Part shown: positions 10,327-18,631 of the stretch, piece by piece
Numbering within the stretch: position 1 is the stretch's first letter
How the letters are laid out: every line of letters starts with the position of its first letter
From: a virus
Taxonomy: Duplodnaviria > Caudoviricetes
Length of the DNA stretch: 28,897 nucleotides
Direction: 5' to 3' (one strand)
IMG/VR virus record: IMGVR_UViG_3300017911_001017
Location: 1-28,897 of that record
Program-made: the position numbers and the translations under genes
Notes under the pieces: model-generated
What the model was told of the DNA's origin: nothing
Databases searched by the model: none
The model's input: only the letters and a program-made list of their open reading frames with translations

Positions 10327-10387
10327 AGTTTTCTCCTTTAATAAGCAAGTTAATATACTGTAGTCCTCCATCGAGCAACTACAATAG
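10327..10387 (-). promoter_or_regulatory. ROSE-like RNA thermometer in the hsp20 5' UTR
   Basis: 5' hairpin TATTGTAGTT/GACTACAGTA, then CTTGCT-tattaa-AGGAG: a UUGCU motif able to pair with the SD with a bulged G. Confidence 0.6.
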
Positions 10388-10427
10388 TATTTATATATTA
10401 TATGGGGACGAATATGAAAATGTCAAG
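10388..10427 (-). promoter_or_regulatory. stacked sigma32, sigma70 and T4-late promoter motifs for hsp20
   Basis: CTTGAC-N14-CCCCATAT; TTGACA-N18-TATAAT; TATAAATA. Confidence 0.7.
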
Positions 10428-11019
10428 ACCTTTTTTGACATTTTCTTTTTGCTTTGTCTATGACTCTCAGATTGTTATGAACAACAAAAGCAGTGAATAA
10501 GAGAGGAAATGCCATGTCTTCATTTGTTATGATACCTCTTCTATCTAAGTCATGAAAGGGATGTAAGAAGAGTGCTTTATGTATGAGGAGTCTATCCAAG
10601 TGAGGTACGGAAGGTAATAACGGATTTGCTTCGTAAACACAGTCCCACTTCATACCCCTGTCTGTAGTATACACATCCATCGCCTGTAAGAGGTAAAAAA
10701 AATATATGTACTCCCGTCTTGCGGGTTCGTTAAACGGTAAAGATGGTAACCTGTTCCTCTTTCCCTTTAACGTGTATTCTATCGACTTCAATGAATGCTC
10801 TGTTTGGACAGCATTGATAAGTTCTTTCCGATAACAACACGTCCACCCCATCATAATTTCTCGTTTGACCTTCGAGTCTAGCACCGAGGTTGACTGCATC
10901 TCCAATGACGGAATAGTCAAATCTAACTTCTGACCCCATGTTTCCGACAATACATTCTCCTGTGCTGATGCCAATGCCGACATTAATAGGAGGGAGATTG
11001 AGAGGAGAAAGTTCTTCAT
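10423..11019 (-). CDS. putative membrane/exported protein (DxxTT...EANPL type) whose 5' part overlaps the cyclase
   Basis: 3' half fills the gap 10423-10730 with hydrophobic helices and MDVYTT..G...EANPL; start uncertain; MKNFLLSISLLLMSALASA looks like a signal peptide. Confidence 0.65.
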   Translation of the reverse strand: MKNFLLSISLLLMSALASAQENVLSETWGQKLDLTIPSLEMQSTSVLDSKVKREIMMGWTCCYRKELINAVQTEHSLKSIEYTLKGKRNRLPSLPFNEPARREYIYFFYLLQAMDVYTTDRGMKWDCVYEANPLLPSVPHLDRLLIHKALFLHPFHDLDRRGIITNEDMAFPLLFTAFVVHNNLRVIDKAKRKCQKRS

Positions 11020-12568
11020 TAAGTTTCTTTGTTGCATCCAATATTTCTTCTGCAGACTTCACCGCGAGTTCTGCATGATCTTGACAATCAAGGGGTGCAT
11101 TCCAAAATGCCATAATGCAATCACCCATGTACTTATCAATTGTTCCTTTATTATTTATTATAATCTTGGTTTGCACATCAAGGAACTTATTAATCAAGTC
11201 CACTAAACCTTCAGGGTCATCATTGTTTTTAAACTTTTCACTGATAGGAGTGAAACCACAAATGTCCATAAACAAGAATGTCATTTCCTTTCTTTCTCCA
11301 CCAAGTTTCAACTTTTCAGGGTTCTTAGCAAGCTCATCAACCATGTCGGGGGATAAATACTTTTGGAACTGTTTCCTTATTTGTTCTTTGAGTTGAAACG
11401 TCCTATAGTATTTGTTGAAGGAAGCGTGTCCGAAAACTACTATGGAGGCAATCGATGAGTAGAAAGTATCGAAAAGAACGAGAGATGAAGACCACCAATA
11501 GAGAGACCCACCCACCTGAAATCCTACGATACCTAGACCGACTATCCCCGAAAGAGTTGTGGGCAAGGTGTAAACCACTACCAACATTCCTAGAAGGACT
11601 ATCAGAAGAAGAGCGGAGGATAAGAATTCAAGATAGTAGGATTGTTGTATTCGAACTTCTTGCAAGACGGACTGGAGGGTTGAGGCTTGAACTTGATGGG
11701 GATACATTACACCCACTGGGGTTGAAGATGGATTATTAAGTCCCTCTGCAGTGAGTCCCCAAACTAAAATCTTGTTTTGAAGATCGGACTCAGATAAATC
11801 AGCTGCAGATATCCTATCAAAGTCATACCAGTATGCAATTTGGATATCTGCAGTTGATGTTGTTTCGATTGGTGCAGAACGTCCCATCCTTATCCATTCA
11901 ATACCAACCTCTTCAGTTACCCTCACCTGATAATTTTTATGATCACCAAATGCACGAAGCACTTCTAGTGCAACACTAGGATATACAACATCGTTTGCAG
12001 ATACAATTAAAGGTGCAGAACGAATTGTTCCATCAAAGTTTGGTGTACCTGAAATCGATGGTGTTGCAACCGTGACTCCAACTCCGTATGCATTTTGTTT
12101 AAGTATTTCAATTGGTGATGCAATACCTGAGAAATTCCATATATGATCTTTTATCTCTCCCCCACCAAACACTGAGGTTCTTACATAAGGTGCAGAACCA
12201 GTATCCTTCTGAATTGTTGGAGCTGCTGACAGCACTGATAATCTATTAACTAAACCCTCTGCAAATTCAGCGTCTCCTCCGAATCTATCAGGTTCTTTGA
12301 ATAGTTGAGTGAATACATGAGTGTTGGTATAAGAAGATTCCAACATGATGTCTCGATAAACATCTCTTGGCCATGGATACTGACCGTATTTTTCCAGCGA
12401 CTTCTCGTCTATGTCTACCAGTACAATGTCCTGTACTTCTTCTATCTCATGTTGTTGATGTAGAAAGTCAAACCATGACCACTTAATATTTTCTACAAGA
12501 AAAGGATTCCAAATCTTAAGTCCAAATAGAACAGCAATCGTGACTAAGACTGTCTTCCAACTATACAT
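10730..12568 (-). CDS. CHASE2-domain class III adenylate cyclase
   Basis: IVLVDIDEKSL..YGQYPWPR (CHASE2), 3 TM helices, FMDICGFT, DKYMGDCIMAFW, DYSVIGDAVNLGARLE; K and D at the ATP-specifying positions. Confidence 0.95.
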   Translation of the reverse strand: MYSWKTVLVTIAVLFGLKIWNPFLVENIKWSWFDFLHQQHEIEEVQDIVLVDIDEKSLEKYGQYPWPRDVYRDIMLESSYTNTHVFTQLFKEPDRFGGDAEFAEGLVNRLSVLSAAPTIQKDTGSAPYVRTSVFGGGEIKDHIWNFSGIASPIEILKQNAYGVGVTVATPSISGTPNFDGTIRSAPLIVSANDVVYPSVALEVLRAFGDHKNYQVRVTEEVGIEWIRMGRSAPIETTSTADIQIAYWYDFDRISAADLSESDLQNKILVWGLTAEGLNNPSSTPVGVMYPHQVQASTLQSVLQEVRIQQSYYLEFLSSALLLIVLLGMLVVVYTLPTTLSGIVGLGIVGFQVGGSLYWWSSSLVLFDTFYSSIASIVVFGHASFNKYYRTFQLKEQIRKQFQKYLSPDMVDELAKNPEKLKLGGERKEMTFLFMDICGFTPISEKFKNNDDPEGLVDLINKFLDVQTKIIINNKGTIDKYMGDCIMAFWNAPLDCQDHAELAVKSAEEILDATKKLNEELSPLNLPPINVGIGISTGECIVGNMGSEVRFDYSVIGDAVNLGARLEGQTRNYDGVDVLLSERTYQCCPNRAFIEVDRIHVKGKEEQVTIFTV

Positions 12569-13127
12569 TACTAAACTTTTTGTTTACTAGAGAGTGTTTT
12601 CTTTCATCGTCCCTCACACACTTTATCATATCAGATAACTTTGCATCTTTATTTAAATGATAGTAATCGATTGCAAGTTGTGGTGCTGGGACATCTTCGA
12701 TTCTACCTTCTCTGATCTCTCTCAAATAACTTGTATATGACTTAACTGCTTCTTCTTCGAAGTAATGTATCATCAGGTGTGCAGTCGATGGTGATATAAC
12801 ATACAATGTAAAATAGTATAACCAAAATAATCCCTGTGCAATTAGTACGAGTAATCTCTCGAAGAGATTTGGTTTTGCAATCTCGATGAAGAACATGAGA
12901 TGCATTCTCTCGTTTTCTGCTTCTTCTAATAACTCTCTGATCATTGGGCCGTAACCCGTTTTCATTTGTCTTAGACTTTTAAAGTGTATCCACATCCCTG
13001 CGACCATGCCCGGCACGCCTGCAACTGTTTCTAGAACGACTGCTCTATGTCCGTATCTTTTTCTAAAGAATAAGTCAGCGAAGAATCGGAAGAACTTAGT
13101 CATTCCCATTGCAATGGTTTGTTTCAT
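12561..13127 (-). CDS. aox: alternative oxidase (di-iron ubiquinol oxidase)
   Basis: LETVAGVPGMV, EAENERMHL, EEEAV.SY, DERKH; start re-set to MKQTI (TAATG overlap with the upstream stop). Confidence 0.92.
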   Translation of the reverse strand: MKQTIAMGMTKFFRFFADLFFRKRYGHRAVVLETVAGVPGMVAGMWIHFKSLRQMKTGYGPMIRELLEEAENERMHLMFFIEIAKPNLFERLLVLIAQGLFWLYYFTLYVISPSTAHLMIHYFEEEAVKSYTSYLREIREGRIEDVPAPQLAIDYYHLNKDAKLSDMIKCVRDDERKHSLVNKKFSNV

Positions 13128-13816
13128 TACTGTCCCTGTGTTACGTTTACTGTGCAGCCACCAACAGTATAACAAGTATTAGTAACTGAGTATGACTGGT
13201 TTGTCGAACCTTGTTGTAATAGGTTCAAAGTTGTAGGTTCTGTTCCTTGAAGTGTTATGTATGCATTATGATTTGCACCATCTTTTTGTGTTAGGTCTAC
13301 ATCAGAACCGTCTGCAGAACCATAAAAATATGAATGAGCATAATGACTCCCTGAACCTTCTTGCCAAAGTTCTAAGACTGTGTCATCTGCATGTATGTCT
13401 AAATTGAATGTATGTGTACCATCTTGATACACATCAACATCATTATCGTTACCCCATATGTGTCTACCATATGTTGCACCGTCTTTCTGTACTACTGTTT
13501 CAGTATTACCTGAACCATCAACATCACCACCCCATGATTTACCTGAACCCCAATATGATACCCATGAGATTGAGTTGCCTGCACCTATCTGTTGAAAGTT
13601 GAAGGTGTTGTTTTGATGATCGAATGAAAAGTTGATAGTGTTGTCATAACCAAGTTGAGATATAGTAAGTGACACATCATCACCACCGCTTACTTGTTCC
13701 ACATGTACATGGTTATCGTCTGCATAAACGGGTGCAACCAAGAGCATGAATGGTGCCCAAGGTGCAACCCAGTATTTGAAAAATATCTTTCTAAATTTTC
13801 TTAAAAAATCCACCAT
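13127..13816 (-). CDS. curlin-repeat-like secreted protein
   Basis: Signal peptide ending VYA, repeated Q-x-G-x-x-N units, C-terminal CYTVGGC; start re-set to MVDFLRK. Confidence 0.75.
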   Translation of the reverse strand: MVDFLRKFRKIFFKYWVAPWAPFMLLVAPVYADDNHVHVEQVSGGDDVSLTISQLGYDNTINFSFDHQNNTFNFQQIGAGNSISWVSYWGSGKSWGGDVDGSGNTETVVQKDGATYGRHIWGNDNDVDVYQDGTHTFNLDIHADDTVLELWQEGSGSHYAHSYFYGSADGSDVDLTQKDGANHNAYITLQGTEPTTLNLLQQGSTNQSYSVTNTCYTVGGCTVNVTQGQ

Positions 13817-13947
13817 AAAAGTAAACCAACGATTAGACCTTTGATATATGCAATCCACATTGCGTGGTATTCGTTGATGCCTAATCTCTCTATCCATTTG
13901 TAAGTCAAGTCCTCATGCCAAAGAAAAAAATCTCTTAACTTGTCCAT
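13801..13947 (-). CDS. small membrane protein, 48 aa
   Basis: Manual translation MDKLRDFFLWHEDLTYKWIERLGINEYHAMWIAYIKGLIVGLLLWWIF; SD AGGAGAG; late promoter upstream. Confidence 0.72.
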   Translation of the reverse strand: MDKLRDFFLWHEDLTYKWIERLGINEYHAMWIAYIKGLIVGLLLWWIF

Positions 13948-13970
13948 AAGTATTCTCTCCTGTAAACAAG

Positions 13971-13999
13971 TATTTATGTATATAGGGCAGTCATAAATA
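13971..13999. promoter_or_regulatory. divergent pair of T4-like late promoters
   Basis: cATAAATA on minus (13971-13977) and cATAAATA on plus (13993-13999). Confidence 0.65.
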
Positions 14000-14004
14000 G
14001 TAAC

Positions 14005-14547
14005 ATGAACATTGATGAGTTACGATCACTGCACATTAAACCCCCATACTATCATGGGTTAGGTATGATACGATTGATCATGCCTGATTGTACACTAAAC
14101 TTTCATGGTAAACTGATACCACCAACAGCACACTACATCCATAATCATCCTCGTAATTTTACCAGTATATGTATGTTTGGTGAAGTTAAGAATATCTATT
14201 ATGATTATGAGATATCTGATATAGAAACAGATTACATATTAGAAGAGATAGATTGTGTTGCTGGAAGTGAACAGCGGGTGGTACATCCTAATGTCAATTT
14301 AATCTTTAAGTATGAAGAGATACAAAAACAGGGTGATGTGGTAAACCACAAATGGCAAACCATACATGACTTCGAATGTTTAAGTGATCATGCATGTACT
14401 AGGATTGTTTGGGATAGGGAAGAAGCAATTGCAAATATCATCAGACATAAATCCGATGACTATCGATGTGCTTTATCAAATAAAGGTGAGGCAGAAGAGA
14501 GTTGGAATATTATAAATCAGATTTTACTTGAAGTTCCAAAATACTAG
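14005..14547 (+). CDS. cupin-like hypothetical protein
   Basis: Only free-standing plus-strand ORF; IHNHPRNFTS...G motif and a distal H suggest a metal-binding cupin. Confidence 0.7.
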   Translation: MNIDELRSLHIKPPYYHGLGMIRLIMPDCTLNFHGKLIPPTAHYIHNHPRNFTSICMFGEVKNIYYDYEISDIETDYILEEIDCVAGSEQRVVHPNVNLIFKYEEIQKQGDVVNHKWQTIHDFECLSDHACTRIVWDREEAIANIIRHKSDDYRCALSNKGEAEESWNIINQILLEVPKY

Positions 14548-15075
14548 ACTGTATCTTGTACCACGGGTAACAGGTCTCACTCCATGAGTTGGATTACTTT
14601 CTCTATCTAAAGCATCACATGGGACTTGAATGACATCGCCGACTCTTTGATCGACATTGACATTATTCACTGTAAACTCACCACCTTCGTAATCATCATT
14701 CAGAGGAATGATCATCACTGATTCAGATGACTTATTTGTGTTTGGTTCCCAATAATTACTCATGCACATCCATTGAGCATCTCTATGTGATCTAACAAAG
14801 TCTCCTGTTTCATACTTCATAACCTTACATCTATAAACTGGAAGACCTTCCCATTCTTTGAAAATAGGTTCGATAGGTGACTGAGCAACTTTACGATGAG
14901 AGAATGAATCCTCATGTGTTTGCTCTATAGTGTTAGCATCTAGAGTCTCTTTATCATAAGTTACATCTTGTTCTACGATATCCTTCTTAAGTATATCGTA
15001 TTCAAAATCCTGTGCGTTTGCAATGATCTCAGCACACTGTTCTCTAGATAATACATTTCCGTGAATTTTAAACAT
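14524..15075 (-). CDS. 2OG-Fe(II) oxygenase (prolyl-4-hydroxylase-like)
   Basis: HRD, LNDDYEGGEF, HGVRPVTRGTRYSLV. Confidence 0.9.
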   Translation of the reverse strand: MFKIHGNVLSREQCAEIIANAQDFEYDILKKDIVEQDVTYDKETLDANTIEQTHEDSFSHRKVAQSPIEPIFKEWEGLPVYRCKVMKYETGDFVRSHRDAQWMCMSNYWEPNTNKSSESVMIIPLNDDYEGGEFTVNNVNVDQRVGDVIQVPCDALDRESNPTHGVRPVTRGTRYSLVFWNFK

Positions 15076-15080
15076 ATTAT

Positions 15081-15087
15081 TATTTAG
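15081..15087 (-). promoter_or_regulatory. T4-like late promoter variant
   Basis: CTAAATA 5 nt before the oxygenase ATG. Confidence 0.5.
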
Positions 15088-16232
15088 TTATTTTGGTTGA
15101 TAAAGATTTGAATTGCTGGGTCATTACCAAATTGTATAACACCTTCATACTCACCGATTCTTAAATCTATAAAACCAGTGTTTCCCTGTTGTATTATAAT
15201 TTCAATAATCCCGTTTACTTCTCTGTAAAATACTAAGTTACCATCCTCTTCAAAGATGTTGAATTGTGAGTCTTTGTTAAATCCAAAGGTTGCACCCTGT
15301 AACTGAACTGTTCCACTACCAGCTGATGCCTGTGCATCCTGTAATTTTGCTGTAGTTTTTACTAGTTCTTCAACAACATCTAAAAGATCAGTCAAGAAAT
15401 CTACGTCTAGGTAATCGATATCTAATCTAGATGTCTCATCGAGAGTCCCTTCAGAGTATGTATCTATGTCTCCCTCTAATTCGTTGAACTCTAAAAAATC
15501 TACATCTAGTATGCCTTGGTCTTGATTAGTATCGTCTCTTACCTGTTCTTCTACGGCCTCTCTGACCTCCTGAGGCGGTGATACAATGAACATGTTATCT
15601 ATCATGGACGTTGTTAAGTTATTGATAACTACTGATCTAGTAGGTGGTGTCTCTATGGTGGATACCATGGTTGCCTGAAATGCTTGATTGAGAGTCACAC
15701 TTCCACCCTCATTTGATACTACAATCTCTCCCGAAGGTGTAACTCCATCTGCATCAGGAAGCAGAATAACAAGTGTCCTTCCTAGTTCATCGATTGTAGT
15801 TGTGAAATCTGTACCGTTGATAGCAATTTGTGCTGTCGGTGTGCTGATGTCTATGTTTGCTTTCTTTATTCTTTGTCCGTTGCCTGAAGCAAATCGAGCT
15901 GTTCCCTGAACCATCTTGAGTGACATCTTTGAGAGTGATGGGTTAGGGTCGTAGTAAACTTCATCTATGTAAACTACTGTATGTTCTATGAGATCAAGTT
16001 GTTCTTTATCTAAGAACTCAATCTTCATTCGACCATTGACGGTCTCTGCTTCATCATATAATTCGATATCAGTGCCAACAAGATTCTCAACAAAGGAGTT
16101 GTTACGAAGTATTTGTCCTTTGCCTGTTGATTCTATTATGTCTCCAATGGGGTCAGCATATGTGACCCCACTGATGAACAATAAATTAAGAATCGCTAGA
16201 CGAATCTTTTTGATTGATTTGAATAACTGCAT
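15084..16232 (-). CDS. FecR-domain exported protein with acidic C-terminal region
   Basis: Signal peptide (..GVTYA), D.aeT.nG..kieF.D, MVQGTARF, ISTPTAQIAINGTDF pattern; DxL-rich acidic tail. Confidence 0.82.
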   Translation of the reverse strand: MQLFKSIKKIRLAILNLLFISGVTYADPIGDIIESTGKGQILRNNSFVENLVGTDIELYDEAETVNGRMKIEFLDKEQLDLIEHTVVYIDEVYYDPNPSLSKMSLKMVQGTARFASGNGQRIKKANIDISTPTAQIAINGTDFTTTIDELGRTLVILLPDADGVTPSGEIVVSNEGGSVTLNQAFQATMVSTIETPPTRSVVINNLTTSMIDNMFIVSPPQEVREAVEEQVRDDTNQDQGILDVDFLEFNELEGDIDTYSEGTLDETSRLDIDYLDVDFLTDLLDVVEELVKTTAKLQDAQASAGSGTVQLQGATFGFNKDSQFNIFEEDGNLVFYREVNGIIEIIIQQGNTGFIDLRIGEYEGVIQFGNDPAIQIFINQNN

Positions 16233-16926
16233 TGTCACTTGTTATGTCCAATGTGATACTCGAATCAGGTGTCGCACAACCAGTTACCTGTGATGCACAT
16301 GTTCCTGATAATTGATTGATATCAACATCTGCACTGTCTCCTGTAAGAGTGAAGTTCAAGATTTGTTCTCCATCCTTCTGAAGTGTGTTAATGTTGTTTG
16401 AATCACCTGTCACATCAAAGTTCCAAGTTAAGTCATCACTTTCCCAATCAACATCAAAAATATTCGAACTACCTATCAATACTAAGTCGGCATCTAATCT
16501 CTCAGCTGACAGAACATAACCTTGATCTAAGTCAAAGGTGTTTGAACCACCTGTGACTGAGAAGTTAATGTCTGAATCATCTGTACTACCGATGTAACCG
16601 ATATTCCAATCTATTTCATTTGAGTCACCTGTAAAATCTAACTTTATAACTGAGTTGTCAGATACTACTGGGCCAAATAAAACATTTTGATTTCCCGTAA
16701 AGTCAAGATCAAATTCTAATCCCGAACCTGTAATACTCATGGAAGATAAACTTCCTGAACTTGCATCGTCTCCACCGATCTTGTTTCCAAAACCAACTTG
16801 GTCAATGTAAAGTTTTAAAGTATCACCAGTCTGAGTGATCTTAATTTCGTTATCATCAGTGGCTTGTGCGAAAAGAATGTTTGTCGACAATAGTAAGCCT
16901 AAGCTTAAACTAATTAGTTTCTTCAT
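16186..16926 (-). CDS. curlin-like beta-repeat secreted protein
   Basis: Signal peptide (..LFA), DNEIKITQTGD..IDQVGFGN, repeated TG(D/G)SN units, C-terminal CASQVTGC; directly after csgG. Confidence 0.72.
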   Translation of the reverse strand: MKKLISLSLGLLLSTNILFAQATDDNEIKITQTGDTLKLYIDQVGFGNKIGGDDASSGSLSSMSITGSGLEFDLDFTGNQNVLFGPVVSDNSVIKLDFTGDSNEIDWNIGYIGSTDDSDINFSVTGGSNTFDLDQGYVLSAERLDADLVLIGSSNIFDVDWESDDLTWNFDVTGDSNNINTLQKDGEQILNFTLTGDSADVDINQLSGTCASQVTGCATPDSSITLDITSDNAVIQINQKDSSSDS

Positions 16927-17824
16927 TTTCGTTATACCCCTCTATTTTCCAAAAACCTCTATCGTGTCCTTGGTATACTAATTCCAACACTGCAGCTTCA
17001 ATTGCTGTTCGTGTTGCGTAAGTCACTGATTCATTATTTCCAACACCGTCCTCAAACTCCACCAGTTGAGTTCCTTCTTCGATGAATCTGAAGATGTCAC
17101 CCCCTGAACCATATGATAAAATGGTCTTACGAGCTTGGACGTTCATTAATACTTCACCTGTTAGAACCGATACGGCTCTCATACTTACAGTCACAGCATC
17201 TTGTCGATACTGTTTACTAAACCCTATACCGAGAGTCCGTGCGCCTCGACCTCCAGTTTTAAGGTTAGTGTCGTATCCGATTATACCACCCTCTACAATA
17301 ATACCTGCGAAGAGTAATGGTTGAATACCTTCGTCTGATTGTCCAGTCTTATTTGCAAAGTCTGTACGAGCAGAACGAATGATTTGTCTTTCTCTAACTA
17401 AATGGTCTATACCGTTTCTTTCAACAACTCTAAACCATGTTCCATCACCAGCAGTTTTAAGTGCGTCAATAACCATTGCAGTTGCACCCTGTGTAACTGC
17501 AGTTGAAAAATCTGCAATACCTTCTCTTGCTTTTCTTTGACCTGTTAAATCTTGAAAGTTGTAAACTGCAACAATTGGTTTTTCTTCTGCTGGTGGTAAT
17601 TCTAATAATTGAATGTATGAAGGTAGACGTACAACTTCAGGACTCTCTACACAGATGTATCTACGGGATATTGACTTTGCAACCCCAGTAACTACATCCT
17701 TTTTCCATCCTTCAGCATACTTACCAGTTTCGTAAGCACAATTTGCTGGGCCTTCTGACCATTGTGGTGTTGATGCACATCCACTAATTATTAAAATTAG
17801 TGCAAGTGATAGAACTCTGAACAT
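16910..17824 (-). CDS. csgG: curli secretion channel lipoprotein CsgG
   Basis: Lipobox ISGC; VAVYNFQDLTGQRK, FSTAVTQGA, WFRVVER..L.RERQII, EGGIIGYD. Confidence 0.93.
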   Translation of the reverse strand: MFRVLSLALILIISGCASTPQWSEGPANCAYETGKYAEGWKKDVVTGVAKSISRRYICVESPEVVRLPSYIQLLELPPAEEKPIVAVYNFQDLTGQRKAREGIADFSTAVTQGATAMVIDALKTAGDGTWFRVVERNGIDHLVRERQIIRSARTDFANKTGQSDEGIQPLLFAGIIVEGGIIGYDTNLKTGGRGARTLGIGFSKQYRQDAVTVSMRAVSVLTGEVLMNVQARKTILSYGSGGDIFRFIEEGTQLVEFEDGVGNNESVTYATRTAIEAAVLELVYQGHDRGFWKIEGYNENEETN

Positions 17825-18342
17825 TAACCACCCCCATCTGAACCACCGCCAGTATCAGGGTCTTGTCCAAAGTTTCCAGTACCAACTGGAATTTCTACAA
17901 CGGTTGTACTACCGTCTTCTGCTACTATGGTCAAACGAATGAACTCCGTTCCTGACACATCAGTGATTACTTCCCATGTAATCGTATTACCTTCTAATAT
18001 AAATGACCCAAAACCTACAGGATTATCATTTGCAAACATAGATTCAACTAATTGTTTTGCAAATTGAGCGTAGATTCTAGACTCTAAATTTCTTATGAAT
18101 TTGGCAAGCGTAGTGTTTTCTGCTTCCCTTTCTGCAGCTTTTCTCGCTGCTTCTAATGCATCCTCGATCTGCTTCTTACGAGAGTGTTCTTGATTCTCAA
18201 TTGTAAGATAATGAGCTCCAGTTCCAATCCCACTAAAACTAGGGTTCTTAAATTTGTGAACGAGCTCAGTTCCATAACATTGTGCAGTAAAGAATAGTGA
18301 CATCACTGCAATACCTAAATGTGTTCCGTTAACTCTTTTCAT
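17824..18342 (-). CDS. csgF: curli assembly component CsgF
   Basis: Mature N-terminus GTELVHKFKNPSFSG matches the CsgF F.NP.F.G motif; NLESRIYAQ; C-terminal T.VEIP; adjacent to csgG. Confidence 0.85.
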   Translation of the reverse strand: MKRVNGTHLGIAVMSLFFTAQCYGTELVHKFKNPSFSGIGTGAHYLTIENQEHSRKKQIEDALEAARKAAEREAENTTLAKFIRNLESRIYAQFAKQLVESMFANDNPVGFGSFILEGNTITWEVITDVSGTEFIRLTIVAEDGSTTVVEIPVGTGNFGQDPDTGGGSDGGG

Positions 18343-18631
18343 TCCTCTCCTTTTCTTTCAGTGCCTCTTTCTCTTCGGCATCTTCAAGAATCTCTTCCCG
18401 TTGTCTATATTCCAAGACAGTGTTAACCTTAGACTGCAAACGAATTAAATCGTTGTCTAACATTCGAATCTGATCTAATAATCTAATTAACTCTTGGTTA
18501 CCTTTGCTCAATGAAGGTTTAAGAGTTTCAGTGACAAACTTCCATACGAAGTATATGAAATACCCCATTCCTAAAGCAAGGACTACTGGAAATCCAAACT
18601 CAGCTATAAGCTGTGCAACTTTTTCCATCAA
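18329..18631 (-). CDS. small membrane protein (TM + coiled coil), holin-like architecture
   Basis: EFGFPVVLALGMGYFIYFVW TM segment, then RMLDNDLIRL. Confidence 0.8.
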   Translation of the reverse strand: MMEKVAQLIAEFGFPVVLALGMGYFIYFVWKFVTETLKPSLSKGNQELIRLLDQIRMLDNDLIRLQSKVNTVLEYRQREEILEDAEEKEALKEKERNEKS

